DNA of 32,000 nt, from NCBI RefSeq assembly GCF_000092105.1, contig NC_014148.1:2220001-2252000 (forward strand). The letters run 5' to 3'. Made by a program: the position numbers and the translations under genes. Each line of letters opens with the position of its first letter. Positions within the stretch are counted from its first letter, which is position 1. The notes beneath the pieces were generated by a model. It did no database searches. It was not told the origin of the DNA and saw only the letters and a program-made list of their open reading frames with translations. This stretch comes from Planctopirus limnophila DSM 3776 (GTDB taxonomy: Bacteria > Planctomycetota > Planctomycetia > Planctomycetales > Planctomycetaceae). Shown here in pieces: positions 1 to 9,157 of the stretch.

Positions 1-94
1 TTTGTGGGCCGGCGAGGCGAATCGTCCCGGCGCCGGCAGCCCCCGGAGCGGTCGCAATCGCCGCAATTGTGTCGCTCAGGTTCAAGTCGAGCAT
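1..94 (-). CDS. mnmE: tRNA modification GTPase MnmE, first 31 codons only; the gene runs off the left edge
   Basis: Not in the ORF track. The reverse complement of 94..2 reads ATG CTC GAC TTG AAC ... = MLDLNLSDTIAAIATAPGAAGAGTIRLAGPQ. The DTIAAIAT-PG--G-G-IR-(S/A)GP block is the conserved MnmE/TrmE N-terminal signature. The ATG is immediately preceded by an in-frame TGA, and GGAAAG lies about 12 nt upstream. A position downstream of yidC is the classical synteny. Confidence 0.75.
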   Translation of the reverse strand, partial: MLDLNLSDTIAAIATAPGAAGAGTIRLAGPQ

Positions 95-241
95 TCAGGA
101 AACTACTTTCCGAAAAGCCGCTGTACCACGTTTCGATCTGACAATCACTTCATCGAGACAAAGCCCAACTCAGTCTTTGTTTGCCGGGGCAAATTCGCTG
201 CCAGCGTCTGAAGACAGTTATTTCGACAGAAACGTGATCGG

Positions 242-2341
242 CTATCGGCCTTTACCGTTTTGACCATTCTTCGATGAAGAATTCGCTCCTGCCGATGGCA
301 TTTGACGGGCCTGTTCGGCCTGACGATCGGCTGCTTCCAAAGCCTGCTGCCAGAATTTGGCGACAGCCGATGGCTTCTTTTCTTTCACTTCGACCGGTTT
401 GGCTGGATACCATTCGTTCATGCGATCGAAGAACCAGCGTTCGGCCATGCCCCACAGACTGGAAGTGATAAAGTAAATGCACAGCCCCGCCGGCACACGA
501 TAGAACATCACTCCCATCATGACCATCATGATATTCATCATGCGGTACTGCATCGCCTGCTCTTCATCAGCAGGTGGCGGCATCAAGATCTTCTGTTGAG
601 CGACAAACAGGATGATCGTCAAAATGGGCAGTAGATTGAATTCTGTCCATCCGAGAAACGGGACACGAAAAGGAAGCTCGAAGAGAGCATCGGGTGCCGC
701 GAGGTTGTCGATCCACAGGAATGAGGCACGCCGCAAATCGACGGAGACACTCAATGCCCGATAAAGGGCAAAGAAAATAGGCATTTGCAGTAACACTGGC
801 CAGCAACCAGCCAGGGGGTTGAAGCCATGCTTGCTGTAAAGTTCCAGCTGTGCACGGCGAAGCCCGTCGGCATCACCGGCGAACTTCTTTTGCAGTTCCT
901 TGAGCTTGGGCTGCATCTCCTTCATCCGCTGTGCGCTTTGTGCCTGCTTGCGAGTCAGAGGCATGAGGCAGGTTCGCACAATGATCGTCAACAGGATGAT
1001 GGCAATCCCGTAATTAATGCCAAGGGCGTGCAGGCCATTGAGCAGTGCCAGCATCGGGATCACCAGCAGGCGAACCAATGGCTCGAGGAAAAAGAAGGGA
1101 TTCCAGCCGATGTGATACTCCGTGACATCAGCAGCTCCCACGGCAGCCATCAGATGGGCACGCTTCGGGCCGGCATAAAGCTGGAAATGATGCGTCGCTT
1201 CCGCGTTCGGGCCAGTGCCTTGAGGAGCCAGTTGAATCGGCACTGAAGTCAATTCGATTGACACATCACTGAAGTGCTTCTCCTGGGCAGGATAAGTGAC
1301 CTGAGATTGAACACTTTCAATCGTACGTTCCTTGATCTGGTTCTCAACAGGATGCACCAGAGAAGCGAAATAAGTGGCATCCACCCCGACATACTCAATC
1401 GGACGAGTCCAGACAGAAGGCTTACCTGAGGATTCCGCGTCCAGCACTTCTGTAGCCGATTGATGCGATGACTCGACAGATTCTCCATCCGGAAGAACAA
1501 ACCCAACGCGAACATCACGATACTTAGTGACGTTTTCCGGATTTTCCAGAGGGACACCGACAGGCCCCTGCATGGTGTATCTGACTTCGCGAGGATTCTC
1601 CGTGAGATTTCTGACGGTCAGGCTGTAATCGAGCAGATAACCCTGCCCCAGATTATCGCGTTCGGTTTTTGTAGGCTCCTTGCCAGCCAACCCCGGGACT
1701 TTGGGCAATCGATAAGCCTTCTCAAGCTGAATCGAACCATCGGGCGATGTGAATCGAAAAGTCACACCTTCAGGGCTTTCGCTACCAGGGACAACTTCCC
1801 AATCAATTTTCGCCAGACTCAAGCCCAATGCAGCCAACTGGCGGTCAATCGCCTCAATTGTCACATCTGTGGTTTTCAATTTGAGCAGTGGATCATCTCC
1901 GACCACCTTGACGGGCTTGCTGCTGTCATCGAGAGATCGATAACGCGGATCATTCAGCTCGATGGTTTCAATGGAACCACCTCGACTGTTCAGCTTCACG
2001 GCCAGAAAGAATGGCTCGTCCGGATTCGTCGACCCCAGCAGGATCTGTCGGTTGGGGAACGACTGCAGTTTGGGAGGTTCGACAACTTTTTCTTGCGCAG
2101 GCGCTTCTGGCTGGTTGGCATCTGCACCAGCTTTCGCGATGACATTCGCAGGAACCAGCGCATCGGCGGGTTGAAGTTCCTCAGGCTTGGCAATATCAGC
2201 AGCCTGATCTTCTGGTGCTTTCTCAGCCAGCTTTTCAGCCTTGGGAGGAGGCGGAAACAGCATGGGCATGACAAAGCCCGACCAGCCAAAGATGACCAGA
2301 GCTGAAAGAGCGATAAAGGTCAGGAAGCGACGTTGTTCCAT
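242..2341 (-). CDS. yidC: membrane protein insertase YidC (long form with a large periplasmic domain)
   Basis: 699-aa ORF. It has an N-terminal TM (FLTFIALSALVIFGWSGFV), a roughly 350-aa soluble domain, then the conserved YidC/Oxa1 core: GIAIILLTIIVRTCLMPLTRKQAQSAQRMKEMQPKLKELQKKF, GCWPVLLQMPIFFALYRAL, FLWIDNLAAPD. Confidence 0.95.
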   Translation of the reverse strand: MEQRRFLTFIALSALVIFGWSGFVMPMLFPPPPKAEKLAEKAPEDQAADIAKPEELQPADALVPANVIAKAGADANQPEAPAQEKVVEPPKLQSFPNRQILLGSTNPDEPFFLAVKLNSRGGSIETIELNDPRYRSLDDSSKPVKVVGDDPLLKLKTTDVTIEAIDRQLAALGLSLAKIDWEVVPGSESPEGVTFRFTSPDGSIQLEKAYRLPKVPGLAGKEPTKTERDNLGQGYLLDYSLTVRNLTENPREVRYTMQGPVGVPLENPENVTKYRDVRVGFVLPDGESVESSHQSATEVLDAESSGKPSVWTRPIEYVGVDATYFASLVHPVENQIKERTIESVQSQVTYPAQEKHFSDVSIELTSVPIQLAPQGTGPNAEATHHFQLYAGPKRAHLMAAVGAADVTEYHIGWNPFFFLEPLVRLLVIPMLALLNGLHALGINYGIAIILLTIIVRTCLMPLTRKQAQSAQRMKEMQPKLKELQKKFAGDADGLRRAQLELYSKHGFNPLAGCWPVLLQMPIFFALYRALSVSVDLRRASFLWIDNLAAPDALFELPFRVPFLGWTEFNLLPILTIILFVAQQKILMPPPADEEQAMQYRMMNIMMVMMGVMFYRVPAGLCIYFITSSLWGMAERWFFDRMNEWYPAKPVEVKEKKPSAVAKFWQQALEAADRQAEQARQMPSAGANSSSKNGQNGKGR

Positions 2342-2591
2342 GGATCGACATGCCGACTATCGAGAAATTTCAGAAAGCTCACCAGAGAGCACTGCCGCGG
2401 GACAACCCTGTCACCTCGACAAACCCAGGAGATGATATCGGATAATGTCCGACTGGGCACGCTCGGAAGGAAAAACACGTTCGCCTTCGTCAAGCTTTAC
2501 AAGAATTGATGTCAAAGTCGGCGATCAGTGCTGGTCTCCGTCTCGAACATACGCAAACAGGTCTTTGGCAGATCAGGCAAGAACCGGCGAT

Positions 2592-3335
2592 TTAACGACC
2601 ATCAGCGAGGCGATCACCGAGAAAGTTATCCAGATCGGGAATGTCGTAGATCTTCTTCTGTGTAATCCGGAAGTCGTATTCCACACGGCGAAAACGCACC
2701 GTATCACCATCGATGGTCACATAGGAAGAGCGGGGGTCGCTGTTTCTCGGCTGCCCCACCGATCCCACATTCACCATGACTTTCTCTTGTCGCAGAACGT
2801 AATTGAAGTCGATTTCTTCTGGCGGCAGAAAGTTAAGATTTTCGGTAAAAACCCCTGGAATGTGCGTGTGCCCCTGGAAGCAGTGACGCTCAATCATCCC
2901 GAAAATCTTCTCCATCTTGCGCTGATTGTAGATGTCTTCCGGGAAGACATACTCATTCAGTGGATTCCTGGCACTCCCGTGCACGAACATGAGATTCTGT
3001 TCACGGTGAACTCTCGGAAGTTCTCCCAGAAATTCCCACCGGCGATCTGCCTGAGGGCCACGCCCACTTTCCAGTTGCTTTCTCGTCCAGAAAATCGCTC
3101 TTTCGGCACTGGCATTGAAACCCATGGGGTCGAACAGTGCCCCTTGATCGTGATTTCCCAGTAACGAGAGTTTGCACTTGGCCATTACTCGATCGACACA
3201 TTCACACGGGTTCGGCCCGTAGCCCACAATGTCGCCCAGACAGTAAATCTCGGTAATTCCCTGGCTGGCAATGTCCGCAAGGACTGCCTCCAGCGCTTCC
3301 AGATTTCCGTGGATGTCGCTGAGAATGGCTTTCAA
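2592..3335 (-). CDS. metallophosphoesterase family protein (calcineurin-like phosphoesterase, YfcE/MJ0936-like)
   Basis: 247-aa ORF with the ordered metallophosphoesterase motifs: LSDIHGN (DxH), LGDIVGYGP (GDxxxxG), LLGNHD (GNH[DE]), VHGS and QGHTH (GH-H). Confidence 0.9.
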   Translation of the reverse strand: MKAILSDIHGNLEALEAVLADIASQGITEIYCLGDIVGYGPNPCECVDRVMAKCKLSLLGNHDQGALFDPMGFNASAERAIFWTRKQLESGRGPQADRRWEFLGELPRVHREQNLMFVHGSARNPLNEYVFPEDIYNQRKMEKIFGMIERHCFQGHTHIPGVFTENLNFLPPEEIDFNYVLRQEKVMVNVGSVGQPRNSDPRSSYVTIDGDTVRFRRVEYDFRITQKKIYDIPDLDNFLGDRLADGR

Positions 3336-3638
3336 AACGAATTTCCGGTCAAAGAGTGCATGTGGTCAAGTCGATGTGGAATTTAATTCAAGTATCCGAT
3401 CGCACCCTGGAAAAACTCCAGCGAAACTCGCTGATACATTCAAGTTCTCCCATGGGGCCGAAGATCATAACGACAATCCGGCCAGCAAATCCACTTCACT
3501 AAAGATTAACAGACTTACACCACTTTGCGAGTTCAAACAACTGTGCAACACGCACCATGCGGGTGTCAGTACATTTTTACTCATCGATTTATCTTCACTC
3601 GATTCAACAACTTCAGCTGAAATCTTGAGGAGATAAGA

Positions 3639-3662
3639 ATGATTGAGATTCACTCCGCCTAG
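3639..3662 (+). other. candidate upstream mini-ORF (MIEIHSA, 7 codons) in the hflX leader region
   Basis: ATG ATT GAG ATT CAC TCC GCC TAG. It is preceded by GAGGAG at 3627-3632 with a 6-nt spacer, which is the best SD-like configuration I found in the window. It is on the same strand as hflX, about 195 nt upstream. There is no evidence that it is translated. Confidence 0.15.
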
Positions 3663-3856
3663 GCCTTTTTCCGCTCACTTACCGTCAACTCTGAACGTAG
3701 AAAGTCATTCAACAGGATGAGAAATGTTTTTAAATCACCAATTTTGCTGAACCTTTTCCAAATTCACCTGTTCCTTCCAACAGCCGATCCAACAACTCCA
3801 ACGACAGACAATTCTGGACATTTTCAACTCGCATGACCAGACTCTGATATTCTAAG

Positions 3857-5251
3857 GTGAACAATCAACACGTTGGTCATGTCTTTCTGAAAATCAAAGA
3901 TTCGGACCTTTTTCTCCCTGCTCTGGATGAACCATTGAATCAACCGCTCCGCAATGATCTTCAAACTATCAATAAAACGGCTGTTCTCGTGGCAGTCTGT
4001 TTGAACGACAACAAACGCTCGCGGGAAAATGTGCTCGATGAACTGAAGGGATTGGTCAAAACTGCCGGCGTGAAAGTCGTAGGAGAACTGGTTCAATTTC
4101 GGCAGATGGTTCATCCGGGTACCTGCCTGGGCCCGGGAAAAATTGAGGAACTCAAACTCATTCTCGAAGAAACCCGGGCTGAACTGGTGATTTTTGATAA
4201 TAATCTCACGCCAGGTCAGGGCCGCCGTCTGGAGCAGGAGACAGGTCGCGTCATTGTCGATCGCAGTGAGCTGATTCTCGACATTTTCGCCACGCATGCC
4301 CGGACTGCTGAAGCTCGTCTTCAAGTCGAACTCGCGCAGCTTCAATACAATCGCACTCGACTGAAACGTCTGTGGACTCACCTGGAGCGTATTGATGGTG
4401 GGATTGGTGCCAGTCGTGGCCCTGGTGAAAAACAGATTGAAACTGACCGCCGCTTGATTGACCAGCGCATCTCGGAACTTCAATCATCACTTAAAGAAGT
4501 GGAACAGCGACGGGAAAGAATGGTCAAGCAAAGGCGCGACCATGCCCTGGTTTCACTGGTCGGATACACCAACGCCGGCAAAAGCACGCTCATGCGGGCT
4601 CTGACAGGCGAAGAGGTCTACATTGCTGACCAGTTGTTTGCCACGCTTGATACGAAAACACGGCTCTGGAAGATTCCTGGCTGGGGCGATGCTCTTCTGA
4701 GCGATACCGTAGGTTTCGTGCGTGACCTGCCCCACTCATTGGTCGCCTCTTTCAAATCGACTCTGGAAGAAGCGCGTCATGCTGATCTTCTCCTGCATGT
4801 CGTCGACGCGAGTAACCCTGAAGCTGAGGCTCAGGTGGCGACTGTCGAAGCAGTGCTGGAGGAAATTGGTGTTGAACTCAAGAACTTCATCCTCGTGCTC
4901 AACAAAGCGGATCAGGTTCCTGATCGCATGGCTCTGGATCTGTTGCGCGCTCGCTACGAGTGGAGTGTTTCCATCAGTGCCCGGACTGGTGATGGACTGG
5001 ATCGACTGGCTCAACTCGTGGTGGATCGACTAGGTGATGGACTCGAAAGCGTGACGGTTTCCACAGGTATTGAAGATGGTAAACTTCTAGGCTGGCTCTC
5101 TGAACATGCCACCATCATCGATACCCATTATTCTGAAACCACAGCCACTTTCCGGTGCCGGATTTCGCGCTCCATGCTGCCGCGGCTTCGCCAGCGCGGG
5201 ACCGTCCTGGAAGACCACCACGATCAGTCTTCACTCGAAGCTGTTGGTTAA
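3857..5251 (+). CDS. hflX: ribosome-associated GTPase HflX
   Basis: 464-aa ORF. HflX N-domain: RAELVIFDNNLTPGQGRRLE, ILDIFATHARTAEARLQVELAQLQY, GPGEKQIETDRR. GTPase motifs: G1 GYTNAGKST, G3 DTVGF, G4 NKAD. The start is uncertain: 3857 is a GTG with no SD, and the conserved N-domain begins near codon 41 (KTAVLVAV), so a downstream TTG (about 3935) is possible. Confidence 0.93.
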   Translation: MNNQHVGHVFLKIKDSDLFLPALDEPLNQPLRNDLQTINKTAVLVAVCLNDNKRSRENVLDELKGLVKTAGVKVVGELVQFRQMVHPGTCLGPGKIEELKLILEETRAELVIFDNNLTPGQGRRLEQETGRVIVDRSELILDIFATHARTAEARLQVELAQLQYNRTRLKRLWTHLERIDGGIGASRGPGEKQIETDRRLIDQRISELQSSLKEVEQRRERMVKQRRDHALVSLVGYTNAGKSTLMRALTGEEVYIADQLFATLDTKTRLWKIPGWGDALLSDTVGFVRDLPHSLVASFKSTLEEARHADLLLHVVDASNPEAEAQVATVEAVLEEIGVELKNFILVLNKADQVPDRMALDLLRARYEWSVSISARTGDGLDRLAQLVVDRLGDGLESVTVSTGIEDGKLLGWLSEHATIIDTHYSETTATFRCRISRSMLPRLRQRGTVLEDHHDQSSLEAVG

Positions 5252-5410
5252 ACCCGATTCATTAGCAATTCCATAAGAAGCCTTTCGACGGCTGATTGCC
5301 GGACATGATGAATTCTTGTGTCCCCGAGGAAATCAAATACCTTAGAACACAAATTCTGTTTAGACTGTCGTCGTAGAGATCAGATCAAAAGTGTTTGCAA
5401 AGGAAGATCG

Positions 5411-6418
5411 ATGATCATGTCAGGAAAACCGCTGGCAATAACTTCCGGCTTGTTCATCTGCCTGGCTTTCCTGGCGGGTTTCAGTTTGTTCAATGCCAAC
5501 TCAGCGGTTTCACAGGTGCCGGTTGGTGATCAGAATGCTGCAAAAGCAGCACCTGCGGCTCAAACAAATCCAGCCACCGTCGAAAGTCAGAAGTCGGTAG
5601 AAGATTCCAACGACAAGCTCACAGCTCTCAACCCCTCAGGGACCGTCCAGGTGGACGCGGCAAACAAGCGACTGCTGGTAAAAGGCCGCGTCGTCTTAAG
5701 AGAAGGTCAGTTGGAGATGCTCGCCTGTCCCAGGCAGACAAAAGAGCATGAATCGATCATTGCGGTCGATGCACCGGCTCAATTAATTCATGCCGGCTTG
5801 CTGGCACTGGGGGCCAAGACCGGAACGGGTGTCAAGTTTCAGCCCAAATTTCAGCCACCAACGGGCGAGAAACTCCTGATCAGCATCTCCTGGAAAGATG
5901 CCCAAGGAAAAGATCAAAAAGTTTCGGCACAAAGCTGGGTCAGAAATGCCACTCGTCGATACTTTGTTGCCTCATTGCCCAAGATCGATGAAGAACTGAA
6001 GTTTCCCGAAGAGAGTGGCCTGATCTGGGATAACCGGCAGAAAGAACTTCTCTGGTATGGTCACATGACCCAAGAGAAAAAGGCCGAGCTGAAAAGGACA
6101 GTGACTGATCCACGCCTGCAGGCCTCGATTGACAAGTTCTTTAATGACTCTCAATTTGCAGAGATGAAAGCCGATTTTGTCTTCGTTGGCAGTTTGTTTG
6201 AAGCCGACCCTGACAGTGGCAAACAACGCTACCTGGCCGATGGTGGTGACCTGATTTGTGTCGCCAATTTTTCCACAGCCACCATCGATGTGGCGACAGC
6301 CAGCACCAATACTGGTGAAGATCTGCTGTTTGAAGCTTACACCGAACGAATTCCGCCTGTGGAGACCCCCATTACGCTGGAGATCCAGTTGGCCGAAGCC
6401 ACTGCACCGAAACCATAA
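5411..6418 (+). CDS. secreted protein of unknown function (possibly YdjY-domain-like)
   Basis: The track ORF starts at 5318, but ATG 5411 follows AAAGGAAG and gives a classical signal peptide: MIMSGKPLAITSGLFICLAFLAGFSLFNANSAVSQ. The block GQLEMLACPRQTKEHESIIAVDAPAQLIHAGLLALG resembles, from memory only, the YdjY-type domain common in planctomycetes. No catalytic motif is recognised. Confidence 0.6.
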   Translation: MIMSGKPLAITSGLFICLAFLAGFSLFNANSAVSQVPVGDQNAAKAAPAAQTNPATVESQKSVEDSNDKLTALNPSGTVQVDAANKRLLVKGRVVLREGQLEMLACPRQTKEHESIIAVDAPAQLIHAGLLALGAKTGTGVKFQPKFQPPTGEKLLISISWKDAQGKDQKVSAQSWVRNATRRYFVASLPKIDEELKFPEESGLIWDNRQKELLWYGHMTQEKKAELKRTVTDPRLQASIDKFFNDSQFAEMKADFVFVGSLFEADPDSGKQRYLADGGDLICVANFSTATIDVATASTNTGEDLLFEAYTERIPPVETPITLEIQLAEATAPKP

Positions 6419-6492
6419 TTCAACAAGGCTCCCTCAACTTTGCAAAAGCTGAGACTCACTGAAAAACTGGTGATCTCACTCCCGACGATCGC

Positions 6493-7149
6493 TCACGTGA
6501 TGCGTCTTGGCGTGTAAAAAGTTCGCACATCAATTGAAACCATCCCTGCCCGGCGGGCGGCTTCAATCCCCGGATCGACATCCTCAAAGACAATGCATCG
6601 ATCAGGAGGAACATGCAGACGGCGAGCAGCTTCCAGAAAGATCTCTGGCTCCGGCTTATGGCTCTGAACGTCTTCGCAGGTGACGATGGTATTGAAGAGT
6701 TTTGGTGACAGCCCGATACTCTTCAGCACTCCCAAACAGACTTCTGGCAGCCCACCGGTCGCGACTGCCAGAGGAATTTTGCCGTGGTAATAATGCACCA
6801 CCTCAACCACCTGGGGGACAGGAGGAACTTCACTGAGTTTCTGCACAAAAAGTTTCTCTTTGTGCTTAACCATCGCAGCCAGATCAGTCTTGATATCAAA
6901 CCGATCCAGCATGGTTTGAGCCACAATTTTTGTAGGCCAGCCCCCCATGGCGTAGAACTCATCTTCGCTCATGAAAGCGCCATAAGGCGTCAATGTTTCG
7001 ACCCAGGCCACATAGTGCATGGGCATGGAATCGCCCAGCGTACCATCGCAATCAAAGATAATGGCATCGAACGACAGGCCGTCAGGAATCACCGCTGGAC
7101 GTTCTTTCCCCTCATTCAAATTTTCTTTGGAGTGAAGTGAAGCATCCAT
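6493..7149 (-). CDS. HAD-IA family hydrolase (beta-phosphoglucomutase/CbbY-like phosphatase)
   Basis: 218-aa ORF. HAD motif I is IIFDCDGTLGDS (DxDGT), motif II is LAVATGG, and motifs III/IV are SHKPEPEIF ... VFEDVDPGIEAARRAG. Confidence 0.85.
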   Translation of the reverse strand: MDASLHSKENLNEGKERPAVIPDGLSFDAIIFDCDGTLGDSMPMHYVAWVETLTPYGAFMSEDEFYAMGGWPTKIVAQTMLDRFDIKTDLAAMVKHKEKLFVQKLSEVPPVPQVVEVVHYYHGKIPLAVATGGLPEVCLGVLKSIGLSPKLFNTIVTCEDVQSHKPEPEIFLEAARRLHVPPDRCIVFEDVDPGIEAARRAGMVSIDVRTFYTPRRIT

Positions 7150-7381
7150 GACGATCTTCCATTTTGAAGCTTAGGCTTAAATTCAGGCCAGAGTGACGGC
7201 GTCGCCAGAACTTTATCTGTTCGTCATCATGAATTGAAAACTTCAACTCACCCTGATTCCATGATGCATGGGAATATGCTTTTAAGAAGACTCACCGGCG
7301 AATTTCATTACTTTTCCCTGAGTCCATCCATGACGAATGCATTCACCTCAGGCGAGACATTCTCGCAGAAATCCAAATCAA

Positions 7382-9019
7382 CTAGGGAGTCGTTCCAGCC
7401 GCGGCCAGAAGCGCTCGTTCCTGATGGCGCTGGAGTGCAGCCTTGATGAATCCATCAAACAGCGGATGCGGTGACTGGGGTTTCGACTTGAATTCCGGAT
7501 GAAACTGCACAGCAGCAAACCATGGGTGCCCGGGGAGTTCCACAGCCTCAACGAGCGACCCATCCGGACTCGTTCCCACGAGATTCATACCTGCCGCCAT
7601 GAACTGGTCACGATACTCAGGATTGAACTCGTAGCGGTGTCGATGCCTCTCGGAAATCTCCGTACGGCCGTAAAGTTTGGCCAATAACGAGCCCTCTGCA
7701 AGGCGGCATGCCTGAGCACCCAGTCGCATGGTTCCGCCACGATGAGTCACTTTCTTTTGTTCTTCAAGCAGGCAAATGACGGGATGATCCGTATCCGCCA
7801 CGAACTCGGTACTGTTCGCATTCTTGTGGCCCAGCACTTCTCGGGCAAACTCGATGACCGCCACCTGCATTCCCAGGCAGATTCCGAAGTAAGGAATCTT
7901 TTGAGTTCGCGCAAAACGAACCGCACGAATTTTGCCTTCAATCCCCCGCCGACCAAAGCCGCCGGGGACAAGAATTCCATCCACACCGGCCAGGATGGCT
8001 GCAGGATCCTGCTGTTCGAGTTCTTCGGCTTCGATCCGTTTGACGATGATTCGTGAATCATGCTTGAATCCCGCATGATCGAGCGATTCGTAAATCGACT
8101 TATAAGCATCGCGATGTTCGATGTACTTGCCCACCACGGCAATCGTGACATCATGCTGCGGATTTCGAATCTTCTGGACGAGAAGTTCCCAGCCCTCCAT
8201 CTGGCGTTCACCAGCCTTCAAGCCCAGTTTGCGAACAATCAAATCGTCGAGGCCATGTTCGATCAGGCCTAGTGGAACTTCGTAAATCGAAAATTCCGTA
8301 TCCATCTCCTCGATGACTGCGTTTTTTTCCACGTTACAGAACAAGCCGATTTTCTCGGCGTTGTCTCGACCCAGCGGTCGTTCGCAACGAATGATGAGGA
8401 CATCTGGCTGAATACCAATCTGGCGAAGTTGCTGCACACTGTGCTGAGTTGGTTTTGTTTTCAACTCGCGAGCCGCTTTGAGATAGGGCACCAAAGTCAG
8501 ATGAATGAACAGGCAGTTTTCGCGGCCGATATCGAGGGGAATCTGACGAATCGCTTCCAGAAACGGCAAACCTTCGATATCGCCAACTGTCCCACCCAGT
8601 TCGGTAATTACCACATCCACATCGGGAGCAGCGAGTTTCAATACGGAATTCTTGATTTCGTCGGTGATATGGGGAACCACCTGTACGGTTCCGCCGAGGT
8701 ACTTTCCCTGCCTCTCTTTTTCGATCACTTTGAGATAAATGCGACCAGACGTGAAATTGGAATCTCTCGTCAGAGGGCTGTGCGTAAACCGTTCATAATG
8801 CCCCAGATCAAGGTCGGTCTCGGCACCATCATCAAGAACATAAACCTCGCCATGCTGGTAAGGGCTCATGGTGCCGGGATCCACGTTGATATAAGGATCG
8901 AGCTTCTGCATCCGGACTTTCAGCCCGCGACTTTCCAGAATCGTGCCAATCGACGCAGATGTAAGCCCCTTGCCCAACGAACTGACAACACCACCGGTCA
9001 CAAAAATATGCTTGGACAT
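7382..9019 (-). CDS. pyrG: CTP synthase
   Basis: [25 protein letters not shown] is the canonical PyrG N-terminus. The glutamine amidotransferase domain has GICLGMQ (catalytic Cys) and HRHRYEFN. The track ORF begins at TTG 9025 (MRM...), but the ATG at 9019 is the likelier start. Confidence 0.97.
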   Translation of the reverse strand: MSKHIFVTGGVVSSLGKGLTSASIGTILESRGLKVRMQKLDPYINVDPGTMSPYQHGEVYVLDDGAETDLDLGHYERFTHSPLTRDSNFTSGRIYLKVIEKERQGKYLGGTVQVVPHITDEIKNSVLKLAAPDVDVVITELGGTVGDIEGLPFLEAIRQIPLDIGRENCLFIHLTLVPYLKAARELKTKPTQHSVQQLRQIGIQPDVLIIRCERPLGRDNAEKIGLFCNVEKNAVIEEMDTEFSIYEVPLGLIEHGLDDLIVRKLGLKAGERQMEGWELLVQKIRNPQHDVTIAVVGKYIEHRDAYKSIYESLDHAGFKHDSRIIVKRIEAEELEQQDPAAILAGVDGILVPGGFGRRGIEGKIRAVRFARTQKIPYFGICLGMQVAVIEFAREVLGHKNANSTEFVADTDHPVICLLEEQKKVTHRGGTMRLGAQACRLAEGSLLAKLYGRTEISERHRHRYEFNPEYRDQFMAAGMNLVGTSPDGSLVEAVELPGHPWFAAVQFHPEFKSKPQSPHPLFDGFIKAALQRHQERALLAAAGTTP

Positions 9020-9157
9020 CCGCAAAAAAATCCTTTGGCCTCGGGCAGATCAGTCGTTTTTGATGGCTCAGCACCCATCAGCAAGATCGAATACAGGAGC
9101 GGTCTCCGCTGCTGGATTCGACTCATGCCAGACCACTCTGGCTGGCGAATCCAATTT

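Noticed and set aside
2-263. Plus-strand ORFs 2-211 and 69-263
   Set aside because: Arg/Ser-rich low-complexity translations with no motifs. The opposite strand carries the mnmE N-terminus and the yidC stop region.
2342-2591. Search for yidD, rnpA or rpmH in the spacer upstream of yidC
   Set aside because: I translated all three minus-strand frames. Only short peptides interrupted by stops appear, and none has the YidD cysteine/YQ pattern.
2445-3164. Long antisense ORFs opposite confident genes: 2445-3164 +, 3824-4483 -, 8429-9220 +, 18384-19100 +, 22665-23363 +, 25120-25788 +, 26575-27231 -
   Set aside because: Each lies entirely antisense to a gene with strong family motifs, has no recognisable motif itself, and shows the Arg/Ser/His-rich composition typical of shadow frames.
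3465-3653. 62-aa minus-strand ORF and 121-aa plus-strand ORF (3271-3636) in the hflX/phosphoesterase spacer
   Set aside because: There is no properly spaced SD (GGAG abuts the GTG), the composition is low-complexity, and the plus ORF is largely antisense overlap with the phosphoesterase start.
5318-5410. N-terminal extensions in the track ORFs (5318 for the secreted protein; 26350-26391 for the hydrolase; 12964-13032 for the regulator)
   Set aside because: Internal ATGs with an SD-like purine box give canonical Sec or Tat signal peptides, or a normal receiver N-terminus. The extensions are basic or odd and start at non-ATG or unsupported codons.
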